Of a DNA stretch of 64,000 nt, positions 47,766 to 57,770 are shown piece after piece; within the stretch, counting starts at the first letter, position 1; each line of letters begins with the position of its first letter. The DNA comes from an uncultured virus (IMG/VR IMGVR_UViG_3300027747_002439) (taxonomy: Duplodnaviria > Heunggongvirae > Uroviricota > Caudoviricetes). The stretch is taken from IMG/VR virus record IMGVR_UViG_3300027747_002439, positions 1 through 64,000 of that record; one strand, 5' to 3'. Made by a program: the position numbers and the translations under genes. The notes beneath the pieces were generated by a model. It was not told the origin of the DNA. It saw nothing but the letters and a program-made list of their open reading frames with translations, and did not search any database.

Positions 47766-48530
47766 ATGGCAGCAGCACAAGGAACAGCAGCTCGCTTAGT
47801 AGAAGTGGCGCTAGCAGAGCTAGGCACAGCAGAAGGACCAAAGGATAATCAAACTAAGTATGGCGCGTTTACTAAGGCAAACTTTTTGCCATGGTGTGGT
47901 AGTTTTTGCATGTGGTCTGCAAATCAAGCAGGAGTAAAGCTTCCCAACACAGTTTCAACTGTTGCGGGCGCGACTGCGTTTAAGAAGGCAAAACAGTGGA
48001 CAGACGCAGCGTCAGCTACTCCTCAGCCAGGAGATCTTGTTTATTTTGATTTCTCTAGAGGAATGACAGCAGGTATTCAGCACGTCGGTATCGTAGTTAA
48101 GGATAACGGCGACGGATCTGTAACTACCATTGAAGGTAACACAGCAGGTAATGAAAAAGGAAGTCAAAACAACGGCGGAGAAGTTGCAAAAAAGATCCGC
48201 GCGTATAAGGCAAATAAAAAAGGTCTTCCTATTTTTGTTGTAGGTTTTGGTAGTCCAGTCTTCGGCGCGGCGGTAGAGGTAAAGGTTGAAAAGGCAGTAG
48301 ACACAACTGGACAGGTTTATCCAGGCGAGACAATCGACCCAGGAGAAGCTGGTATCCATATTGCTACAGTACAGAAAGCTTTAGGTATTAAACCAGCTGA
48401 TGGACAATATGGACCTGTAACTAAGAAGGCAGTAATTGCGTTTCAGGAGAAGAACCCTAAGCTAGGCGCGGCGGACGGGGTTATCGGCCCAAAAACTTGG
48501 AATGCTATTACAGGATTGCCCGTAAAATAG
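47766..48530 (+). CDS. endolysin (CHAP amidase plus peptidoglycan-binding domain)
   Basis: PWCGSF, HVGIV, TIEGNT; DG.YGP.T..AV..FQ...DGVIGPKTW. Confidence 0.92.
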   Translation: MAAAQGTAARLVEVALAELGTAEGPKDNQTKYGAFTKANFLPWCGSFCMWSANQAGVKLPNTVSTVAGATAFKKAKQWTDAASATPQPGDLVYFDFSRGMTAGIQHVGIVVKDNGDGSVTTIEGNTAGNEKGSQNNGGEVAKKIRAYKANKKGLPIFVVGFGSPVFGAAVEVKVEKAVDTTGQVYPGETIDPGEAGIHIATVQKALGIKPADGQYGPVTKKAVIAFQEKNPKLGAADGVIGPKTWNAITGLPVK

Positions 48531-48602
48531 CGCAAGAGCCTGGAAACAGGTATACAGTAATACTAGTTTTTGGTGTCCTGGGAGAGAACGCCTAAAACAT
48601 AA

Positions 48603-48645
48603 AGAGCCGGACAGCGTGAGTAATCGCGCGTCCGGCTCTATTTTT
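48603..48645 (+). terminator. intrinsic, probably bidirectional terminator
   Basis: AGAGCCGGAC...GTCCGGCTCT plus T tract, between convergent genes. Confidence 0.8.
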
Positions 48646-48683
48646 AGGTATAGATCTTTTAATCCTAAAAACAAGGAAAGTCT

Positions 48684-48893
48684 TTAACTTAAAAGTAGTT
48701 TTGCTTCGTCTGCTGTAATGCCGAGCTTGCTTAATAGTGCTTCTTTGGCTGCTGCCTTATCTGCTTCTTGCTGAGCAGCAACAGCATTGGCTGCTTGCTG
48801 TGCTTCATAGGCAGCAAATTCTTCATCGTTCATTTCACGGTCAATGACTGTGTCTGTTGATAGGTCGTGAATTCTTACCATTGGTCTGCTCAT
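48684..48893 (-). CDS. small tail-associated protein
   Basis: DREMNDEE...LLSKLGITADEAKLLL. Confidence 0.75.
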   Translation of the reverse strand: MSRPMVRIHDLSTDTVIDREMNDEEFAAYEAQQAANAVAAQQEADKAAAKEALLSKLGITADEAKLLLS

Positions 48894-48894
48894 A

Positions 48895-49656
48895 TTATTT
48901 TACTCCGTATAGTATGTAGGTACTTCCGCTTGTAAAAGCAGAAATACCATTTGATAAAAGTGTAATACTTGTAACCGCTGAAGTTACTCCAGTAGTTCCG
49001 CCAACCCCCATAGAAACATACATATAAGTGCTATATTGCCAACTTGAATACCAACTAACATATTTAGCCATAGAAGATTGTGTATATAAAGGAATATCCA
49101 TAACCATAGAATAAGTATAGTTGCCACCAAAACGACCTATATAAAGACTATCTATATTGCTAAATTGACTAGTATTTGCAGTTGAAGTATTAAGAGTATA
49201 AGTATAAGAATAATTGCTATTAGTATTACCATTAAGTTGAAGACCCATATTGGTAATTGAAGAATCACCTGTAACATTAAAAAGTTGCAGTTGCAAAGAT
49301 TTATAAGTTTGAGGAATAGAAGATATTGTTAGGCTAGAACCACCACCACTAGATATATCACCTGTGGCAATTTGAGTCATAGAACCAGCAGCAGGAGCAG
49401 CAGCCCACTTCAATCCAGTAGCAGCAGTAGAGTCTGCAGTAAGTACTGTATCGTTAGCACCTGCAGCAAGACGAGCAACAGTATCTGCTGCAGTAGCAGC
49501 AACAATGTCACCCTTAGCGTCTACAATAGATTTTGGAATCATAGTTGCAACAGTGGTATCAACTGAGGTGCCTAATGAGCGAATGGCTGAGGCGCCTTGT
49601 TGGACGAGAGATGAGTCATCGGGAGTTGTCCACCCGAAGTTGGTAGTTGTTGCCAT
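48895..49656 (-). CDS. minor tail/virion protein
   Basis: MATTTNFGWTTPDD, AKGD..A.TAAD..ARL...GLKWA, C-terminal LYGVK domain shared with genes at 29.8-33.3 kb. Confidence 0.8.
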   Translation of the reverse strand: MATTTNFGWTTPDDSSLVQQGASAIRSLGTSVDTTVATMIPKSIVDAKGDIVAATAADTVARLAAGANDTVLTADSTAATGLKWAAAPAAGSMTQIATGDISSGGGSSLTISSIPQTYKSLQLQLFNVTGDSSITNMGLQLNGNTNSNYSYTYTLNTSTANTSQFSNIDSLYIGRFGGNYTYSMVMDIPLYTQSSMAKYVSWYSSWQYSTYMYVSMGVGGTTGVTSAVTSITLLSNGISAFTSGSTYILYGVK

Positions 49657-49666
49657 AGGATTTTCC

Positions 49667-49792
49667 TTAGAGTTTAGTTAGAGAAGACCAGATAAATGTT
49701 TCTGGTACTTCATTCCACTGTAAGGAAGAAGACACGTTTTCCCACGAGGTAGATACCTTCGAACTGGATGATACTGTGCCTACTACGAGCAT
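49667..49792 (-). CDS. small ORF MLVVGTVSSS...WENV...WNEV...WSSL
   Basis: GAAGGAAA RBS; periodic Trp residues; 41 aa. Confidence 0.5.
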   Translation of the reverse strand: MLVVGTVSSSSKVSTSWENVSSSLQWNEVPETFIWSSLTKL

Positions 49793-49922
49793 AGTTTCCT
49801 TCTTCTCCGTATACAGGTTAAAGAAGGAGACTTACTGGCTTTAAAAGCTAAGTGCCCTAGATCAACGTTGTTATCATATACCTGTAACAACAATATGTCT
49901 TATACTATCTTGTCCAGACTTC

Positions 49923-50582
49923 TTATTTTTGCTGGTCTAATACGTACTTAATACTAGAAGCAGACCATTTCCCGCCATAAGCTGTAGGAATACCTTCAGC
50001 TTGCAATGTGTTTGCAATAACACGCAAAGAAAGACCCTTTTCTCGTTCTGCTATAATACGACTACGTATCTCGTCAGAGATAAGTTGCTTAGGGCCTAGG
50101 TCTACACCCCATACTTTACCTGTTGAGCGTCTATATGAGTGAACGTCCTTCTGACGCTCGGAGATGATAGATCTTTCCATCTCTGCGAGCGCGGACATGA
50201 TTGTCACGACAAAGCGAGACTGGTATGAAGAAGTGTCCAGATTAAGATCAAGAAGAACAAGGCGCCAGTCGTACGTCTTAGAGTGGTCAATGATAGATAG
50301 GAAGTCTTGAGTTGAGCGAGATAGGCGATCTAGGCGGGTAACAAATAATGCATGGGCTTTGCCTAACTCAAGATCTAATAAGGCCTTACGGAGGACGGGA
50401 CGGCCTTTAATTGATTTGCCAGAGCGTCCTTCCTCGCGTATCAATTGTACATTTTTATACCCTGCAAGCTCCGCGGCCTGGCGCAACGTGCGCTCTTGAA
50501 CCTCTAGCGAGATGCCGTCTTGAACCTGCATAGACGTAGATACACGTGCGTAAAGTAGCGCTATCTTGTCGTCAAGTTCCAT
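49923..50582 (-). CDS. serine recombinase (resolvase/invertase family) with short C-terminal DNA-binding domain (leaderless)
   Basis: YARVST, SG....RP, RLDRLSR, AEMER..ISER. Confidence 0.93.
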   Translation of the reverse strand: MELDDKIALLYARVSTSMQVQDGISLEVQERTLRQAAELAGYKNVQLIREEGRSGKSIKGRPVLRKALLDLELGKAHALFVTRLDRLSRSTQDFLSIIDHSKTYDWRLVLLDLNLDTSSYQSRFVVTIMSALAEMERSIISERQKDVHSYRRSTGKVWGVDLGPKQLISDEIRSRIIAEREKGLSLRVIANTLQAEGIPTAYGGKWSASSIKYVLDQQK

Positions 50583-50778
50583 TAAGATATCATACCCTAT
50601 TTAGCTTAAAATGTGCTAAATACCATATGTACATTTATTGCAGACATAATACTTTGTCCGTTCTAATGTACAATTCTTACAAACAAACAAGAGAATCAAA
50701 CTGCTGTAAACCCTTAAGTTGAAGGGTGTATGCTTTTAAGGCGTCTTTACGCGGTATGAGAGGGCTTAGAGTTTTGAA

Positions 50779-52775
<1,997 letters not shown>

Positions 52776-52916
52776 AATACCCCTACCCTAAAAACTAGTT
52801 AGGTCTAATCTATCATACTCCAGCTACTTCTTAGTAGGACTTCTTGGTGCCTTATGAGGAAGTAGCTAGTTGAAACTTAAACTATCGCTTTGCTGTTGTT
52901 GTGATAAAATAGCCTT

Positions 52917-53756
52917 ATGCCACTTATAGGAACTAGCGCATCACAGAATACAAAATCATTTTTAACATTTAACGTCGAGTACTTAGTTATTGCTGGTGGT
53001 GCATCTGGAGGTTCTACTTATCACGGCGGAGGCGGCGGAGCAGGAGGATATAGGTCCTCAGTAGTAGGAGAACTTTCAGGAAGAAATACTTCAGCAGAAG
53101 CAGTTTTATCTTTAACTGCAGGCGTCAGTTATGGCGTCACAGTAGGAGGTGGTGGAGCTAAAACTGCATATGTTGGAACAAATGGAACTGATTCTGTATT
53201 TTCAACAATAACTTCTTTAGGCGGAGGAGCAGGAGTACATGCTACTAACACTGGATACACGGGAGGTTCTGGTGGTGGCGGAGGAGCAAATAGCACTGGA
53301 AATGGTGGACAAGGAACAGCTGGTCAAGGATTTAATGGTGGAGGAGGAAGTCATCCTTGGGGTGGTGGAGGCGGTGGAGCTGGTGCTGTAGGCACAACAG
53401 GGGGACCAGCAACTGGAGGTAATGGAATTGCCTCATCAATTACTGGCACATCTGTATATCGTGCAGGCGGTGGCGGAGGGTCACCAATGGACGGGGGAGC
53501 AGATGGAGGTCTAGGCGGGGGTGGAGCTTCTGGTGCAGACTACGGAACAAGCGGCACAGCAAATACTGGCGGTGGCGGTGGTGGAAACGATAGAATTACT
53601 GGTGCGGCAAATACAAATCAAGGCGCTGGAGGATCAGGTGTGGTTATACTAAGAGCAACTAGCGCAGCACGCACAACAGTAGGCTCGCCGGTATACACAA
53701 CTTCTGGAAGCTATCATATCTATCAATTTAACGCTTCGGGGAGCATAACCTTTTAA
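52917..53756 (+). CDS. polyglycine-rich protein (leaderless)
   Basis: MPLIGT N-terminus, EYLVIAGG, GGSGVVILR. Confidence 0.85.
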   Translation: MPLIGTSASQNTKSFLTFNVEYLVIAGGASGGSTYHGGGGGAGGYRSSVVGELSGRNTSAEAVLSLTAGVSYGVTVGGGGAKTAYVGTNGTDSVFSTITSLGGGAGVHATNTGYTGGSGGGGGANSTGNGGQGTAGQGFNGGGGSHPWGGGGGGAGAVGTTGGPATGGNGIASSITGTSVYRAGGGGGSPMDGGADGGLGGGGASGADYGTSGTANTGGGGGGNDRITGAANTNQGAGGSGVVILRATSAARTTVGSPVYTTSGSYHIYQFNASGSITF

Positions 53757-53772
53757 CTATTAAGAATTAAAG

Positions 53773-53815
53773 AGAGCCGGGAGCATATTTACATATGCAA
53801 CCGGCTCTTTCTTTT
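53773..53815 (+). terminator. intrinsic, probably bidirectional terminator
   Basis: AGAGCCGG...CCGGCTCT plus T tract, between convergent genes. Confidence 0.75.
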
Positions 53816-53821
53816 AACTAA

Positions 53822-54958
53822 TTACTTGTTAATTGTCTCACCGTAGATAGTTGTCTCTTGTCCTGTTGCTAGATCGCGAAGAACAAGCTTAACGGTATAC
53901 TCGCTGCTAGACCCTAACGAGTTAACGTCGATAGTCTGTGCAGACCCGTCGGTGCCAATCGCGGTAGTAGACCCTGTCTTCTTATCAACAACCATAAGGG
54001 TTGCCCAGGTCTTATTACCATCAAAGTTCGTCACCGCAGGTATTGAGATCGTTGCCTGACGAGCGCCCGACGTGTCGGTGGTTACCGCCTGGGTTACCGG
54101 AGCAGCAATCGTAGCAACATCACGTGCAGCGTCTCTTGCAGCAACGGTAGCAGGAAGTGTTGCAGCTACTGTAGCAATTACCGGATTTGAGATGACTCTT
54201 TCCGTGTTTGTCACGGAGTCACGAATAACGGTCTTAACTGTAACGTTCTGCCCTTGAGGTACGTCCGTTACTGTCACCGCAGTTTGTGATGGAGCTAAAC
54301 CAATAGCAGTGGTAGATCTACCGTCCGTTATGACGTAGACAGATACAGATGACGTTAAAGGAAGATTTGCAACGTCAGGTACCTGAATATTAAGAGAAAC
54401 TGAGTTATTCGTAGCAACAGTTTGAGATACGACAACCGGAGTGTTAGCCTCGGCTACAGCGTTACCCATCGGTTGTACTAGTGAAAGTAGCTCGTTTAGA
54501 ATAACATCATACGAAGGTGTAACAACCTTGCCTGTATCCTGTAGAACAGAAATGATGGATCCCTGTGTAACTGGCTTAAATCGAATTACTCCATTTGAGT
54601 CTACGTACTTGACTCCCTTTGACACAGGAAGCTTTACGATAATGCCGTACGCATCAATCTTGCGATTAGGCGTATAACCGTCCCAGGTAACAATCTTATC
54701 AACAACTCCGCCAACGATAACTGCATACTGCGCCTTTGGCCTAGGAGCTTCTGTCTGAAGAGACATCTGAGGAGTAGAAAAAATTTCGTCTGCGGTAATT
54801 AAAAAGTAGCCGTCTGCCCTAGTCTGAAGCAGATCGTCTCCTGCCATGCGGGAAACTGTGGAGCTAGAGTCTGTGTCAATTGCCCAGTCCGCGTGAGCAG
54901 GTGTTGCGATGAGAGTTGCCATGGAAACAATCCCAAGTAGCGTTATACGTCTTTTCAT
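53822..54958 (-). CDS. secreted protein with an internal duplicated domain
   Basis: Signal peptide ending AHA-D; repeated STTAIG...T.TV...VK.V.RD..T..E motif. Confidence 0.75.
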   Translation of the reverse strand: MKRRITLLGIVSMATLIATPAHADWAIDTDSSSTVSRMAGDDLLQTRADGYFLITADEIFSTPQMSLQTEAPRPKAQYAVIVGGVVDKIVTWDGYTPNRKIDAYGIIVKLPVSKGVKYVDSNGVIRFKPVTQGSIISVLQDTGKVVTPSYDVILNELLSLVQPMGNAVAEANTPVVVSQTVATNNSVSLNIQVPDVANLPLTSSVSVYVITDGRSTTAIGLAPSQTAVTVTDVPQGQNVTVKTVIRDSVTNTERVISNPVIATVAATLPATVAARDAARDVATIAAPVTQAVTTDTSGARQATISIPAVTNFDGNKTWATLMVVDKKTGSTTAIGTDGSAQTIDVNSLGSSSEYTVKLVLRDLATGQETTIYGETINK

Positions 54959-55060
54959 CTTAGTGCCTTTCGTAGTGTGTCATTTAGTATAATAGACAAT
55001 ATCACATAGAGGCCAGAACGTACAACTATCACCGCAGGTTTTGTGGGATACTATCTATCA

Positions 55061-55336
55061 ATGGAATTCAACGACGATATAGACCCTGATTTTGGTAGAG
55101 ATGATGATGTTCTAATGCAGTATCTTGAGGAGGAAGGGCTACTCCTCGTCCCCGTTGAGTTCATGAAGGAACTGATGGCTCTCATGGAGACATACATCCA
55201 GAACGTATGTGACGTAGATAGGGATGAACTTAGCGAGATCTTAACCCGTCTAGAGGATCTTCTAGGGGAAGACGGCATGATGGACTTATCTATTGAAGGT
55301 ATCGTCGGCTGGGTAAATACGCTAAAAGCTGTCTAG
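55061..55336 (+). CDS. acidic hypothetical protein (leaderless)
   Basis: TACTAT 6 nt before the ATG at 55061. Confidence 0.7.
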   Translation: MEFNDDIDPDFGRDDDVLMQYLEEEGLLLVPVEFMKELMALMETYIQNVCDVDRDELSEILTRLEDLLGEDGMMDLSIEGIVGWVNTLKAV

Positions 55337-55356
55337 GATCCTGTTATAATTTAAGC

Positions 55357-55590
55357 ATCGCCACTGGCCTGGTGCCGCCATCAGTAGCTTGTCACAACGA
55401 AAGCGAACCTTCGCTAATCCCGCCAATGCGAATCGTCCTGGATAAGACGTACAACTGTCATCCACTCCAACTTCAGAGTTGAGTGTCTAGCACTGGCTGG
55501 GTAGACATCGAGTGGGTTGTTGATTAGCGAGCTATCGTTACGGGTAGCATAAGAAGCGCTGCCAGTGCTAGACCCGATTCTTTCTAATTT
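55357..55590 (+). ncRNA. candidate structured non-coding RNA, about 220 nt
   Basis: TGTTATAAT promoter not followed by ATG; multiple nested stems; T-rich 3' end. Confidence 0.5.
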
Positions 55591-55608
55591 TTATGATACA
55601 GTTCATTC

Positions 55609-55959
55609 ATGACACCGGAGATCTTTGTTCGCCCTTGGGGCTTCTATGTAATCCTTCACACTGAGCAAAAAGTACAGGTCAAACGAATACACGTTGAAAA
55701 CGGAAGTCGTTTAAGTAAGCAATCACACAAACACCGCGCGGAGCATTGGTACATCACGCAAGGTTACGCGGAGGTCGAGCTATTTGACCAGATACTTCAT
55801 CTTGGCCCAGGAGACTACGTCTCAATTGGGGTTGGAGAAGTTCACCGCGTAAGAGCCGAAGGCGAAGGCGACCTCGTCTTTATCGAGATTCAAACAGGTG
55901 AGTATCTTGGAGAAGATGACATCATTAGATATGAAGATGATTTTGGACGTGTTGAGTAG
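55609..55959 (+). CDS. cupin, mannose-6-phosphate isomerase type II C-terminal-like (leaderless)
   Basis: RPWG, RLS.QSH.HRAEHW, IEIQTG.YLGEDDI.R.EDDFGR. Confidence 0.9.
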   Translation: MTPEIFVRPWGFYVILHTEQKVQVKRIHVENGSRLSKQSHKHRAEHWYITQGYAEVELFDQILHLGPGDYVSIGVGEVHRVRAEGEGDLVFIEIQTGEYLGEDDIIRYEDDFGRVE

Positions 55960-56516
55960 TGGAGCAAGAGCTTCCTACGTGGTTTAACCACGTTAAACCA
56001 AACTTTGAAAACTACCTGAGGATTGAATCTCCCTTAACTGTTTTACAGATCGGAGTATATGAGGGTGACACAACACAGTGGTTATTAGACAATAAAAACA
56101 TCAACAGGATAGTAGACGTTGACACCTGGGAAGGCTCAATAGAGCACGAAGGTACCTTTGACTTTAACCAGGTTGAGAGAGTCTACGACGAGCGATTTGC
56201 TAAAATTGAAAAGGTTGAAAAGCGTAAGGGCACAAGTGATAAATACTTTGCGACATGCCCTGCAAGTGAAAGATTTAACGTTGTCTACATAGACGGAGAT
56301 CACACCGCACTGCAGACCGTGATTGATGCCCTTCATGGCTGGCGCGTGCTGGAGGTTGGCGGGATCATGATATTTGACGACTACGACTGGCACATGTATC
56401 AAGGAACACCCTTACACCCTAAGGACGGTATTGATTGCGTTCTAAGGCTGTTTAGAGGACGCTACAACCTTATCGTTACGAACTACCAGGTCTGGATTCG
56501 TAAGACCGCGGAGTAG
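55959..56516 (+). CDS. class I SAM-dependent methyltransferase (Methyltransf_24-like)
   Basis: LQIGVYEG, VDTWEGS, YIDGDH, GG.MIFDDY. Confidence 0.88.
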   Translation: MEQELPTWFNHVKPNFENYLRIESPLTVLQIGVYEGDTTQWLLDNKNINRIVDVDTWEGSIEHEGTFDFNQVERVYDERFAKIEKVEKRKGTSDKYFATCPASERFNVVYIDGDHTALQTVIDALHGWRVLEVGGIMIFDDYDWHMYQGTPLHPKDGIDCVLRLFRGRYNLIVTNYQVWIRKTAE

Positions 56517-56555
56517 GCTTTTATCAATCATATGTAGATAAGATAAAATAAGCCT

Positions 56556-57452
56556 ATGCCTATTCTTGGAACAATCGCGAGCGGGTACAATGTACCTTTG
56601 TCAATTGTCACTGGCGGTACACTTACTAGTGACGCAACTTATTACTACCGTACATTTACTTCTACCGCAGACTTAGTAGTCACTGCAGCTCCTCTTACTG
56701 CAGATGCTCTTGTAATTGCAGGCGGAGGCCCAGGCGGAAATAACTCGGCTGGAGGATACGCTTCTGGCGGTGGAGCTGGTGGAGTTCAATATGGAGCTGC
56801 AACTTCTTTTTCGGCGGGAACTTACACGGCAACAATTGGTGGCGGTGGCAGCCTTGGGTCTAATGGAGTTGATTCTTCACTAGGTTCTTTATTTATCGCA
56901 AAGGGCGGCGGTAGAGGCGTATTAGCTAGTGCTGTAGACGGAGTAGCTGGCGGATCTGGCGGTGGAGCAAGCGGTAATCAGGGCACATCAGCAACAGCAA
57001 CAGGTGGCGCAGCTACAAGCGGCACTGGCGGAATTTTTTATGGAAATAAAGGTGGAGATTCTTTTGGTGGCACAAACGGTGCGTATCCAGCGCAAGGTGG
57101 CGGAGGCGGCGCGGGCGCAGCAGGAGGTAGCGTGTCTCTTAGCGGAGGGTACGGAGAAACTCCTGGCGGGTCGGGCGGAGATGGATTAAGCACTTGGTCA
57201 TCTTGGGCAACTGCAACTGGAACTGGTAGAAGCGGATATTACGCAGGTGGTGGATGCGGCGGATACAGAGTTGATGCTTCTAGTGGACAAGCTGGCGCAG
57301 GTGGAGGCGGTGGGTACGGAGTTGCAGGTGGCACTAATACTGGTGGTGGCGGCGGCGGAGCTTTGAACGGCGGTCAATACAATACAGTAAGTGGCATAGG
57401 TGGATCTGGTATTGTTATTGTTCGCTATCTTCGTTCTGCAGTGGGTGGTTAA
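56556..57452 (+). CDS. polyglycine-rich protein (leaderless)
   Basis: MPILGTIAS, VTGGTL..D..YYYR.F, GGSGIVIVRY. Confidence 0.85.
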   Translation: MPILGTIASGYNVPLSIVTGGTLTSDATYYYRTFTSTADLVVTAAPLTADALVIAGGGPGGNNSAGGYASGGGAGGVQYGAATSFSAGTYTATIGGGGSLGSNGVDSSLGSLFIAKGGGRGVLASAVDGVAGGSGGGASGNQGTSATATGGAATSGTGGIFYGNKGGDSFGGTNGAYPAQGGGGGAGAAGGSVSLSGGYGETPGGSGGDGLSTWSSWATATGTGRSGYYAGGGCGGYRVDASSGQAGAGGGGGYGVAGGTNTGGGGGGALNGGQYNTVSGIGGSGIVIVRYLRSAVGG

Positions 57453-57469
57453 GTAATATAATTGCAAGT

Positions 57470-57697
57470 ATGAGCGACGTAATAATAGAAGTTGATACTG
57501 AAGCAGATCTGCGCACTAACAGCGGAGATCACGACAAGTTTTCGCATTATATTCACCGCGATGCAGCAATGGAAGCATACGTAGAAGGCAAGCCTGCTAT
57601 CGCTTTATGTGGAAAAATATGGGTTCCAACAAGAGACGGAACAAAATTTCCTGTCTGCAAGCCGTGTAAAGAAATCTTTGAAACACTAGGAAGTTAA
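57470..57697 (+). CDS. DUF3039-family protein (actinobacterial)
   Basis: GDH..FSHY, ALCGK.WVP.RD...FPVC..CKEI. Confidence 0.85.
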   Translation: MSDVIIEVDTEADLRTNSGDHDKFSHYIHRDAAMEAYVEGKPAIALCGKIWVPTRDGTKFPVCKPCKEIFETLGS

Positions 57698-57770
57698 CAC
57701 GCTTTAACGAAAAAGCAGTATAATTCGTCATCTAATTTTGATCTAAAATTACAACATATTCCAGGGGGTT

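Noticed and set aside
55357..55482. Short open frame across the candidate ncRNA
   Set aside because: It begins with ATC and has only a late ATG giving 18 aa with no RBS; base-pairing explains the region better
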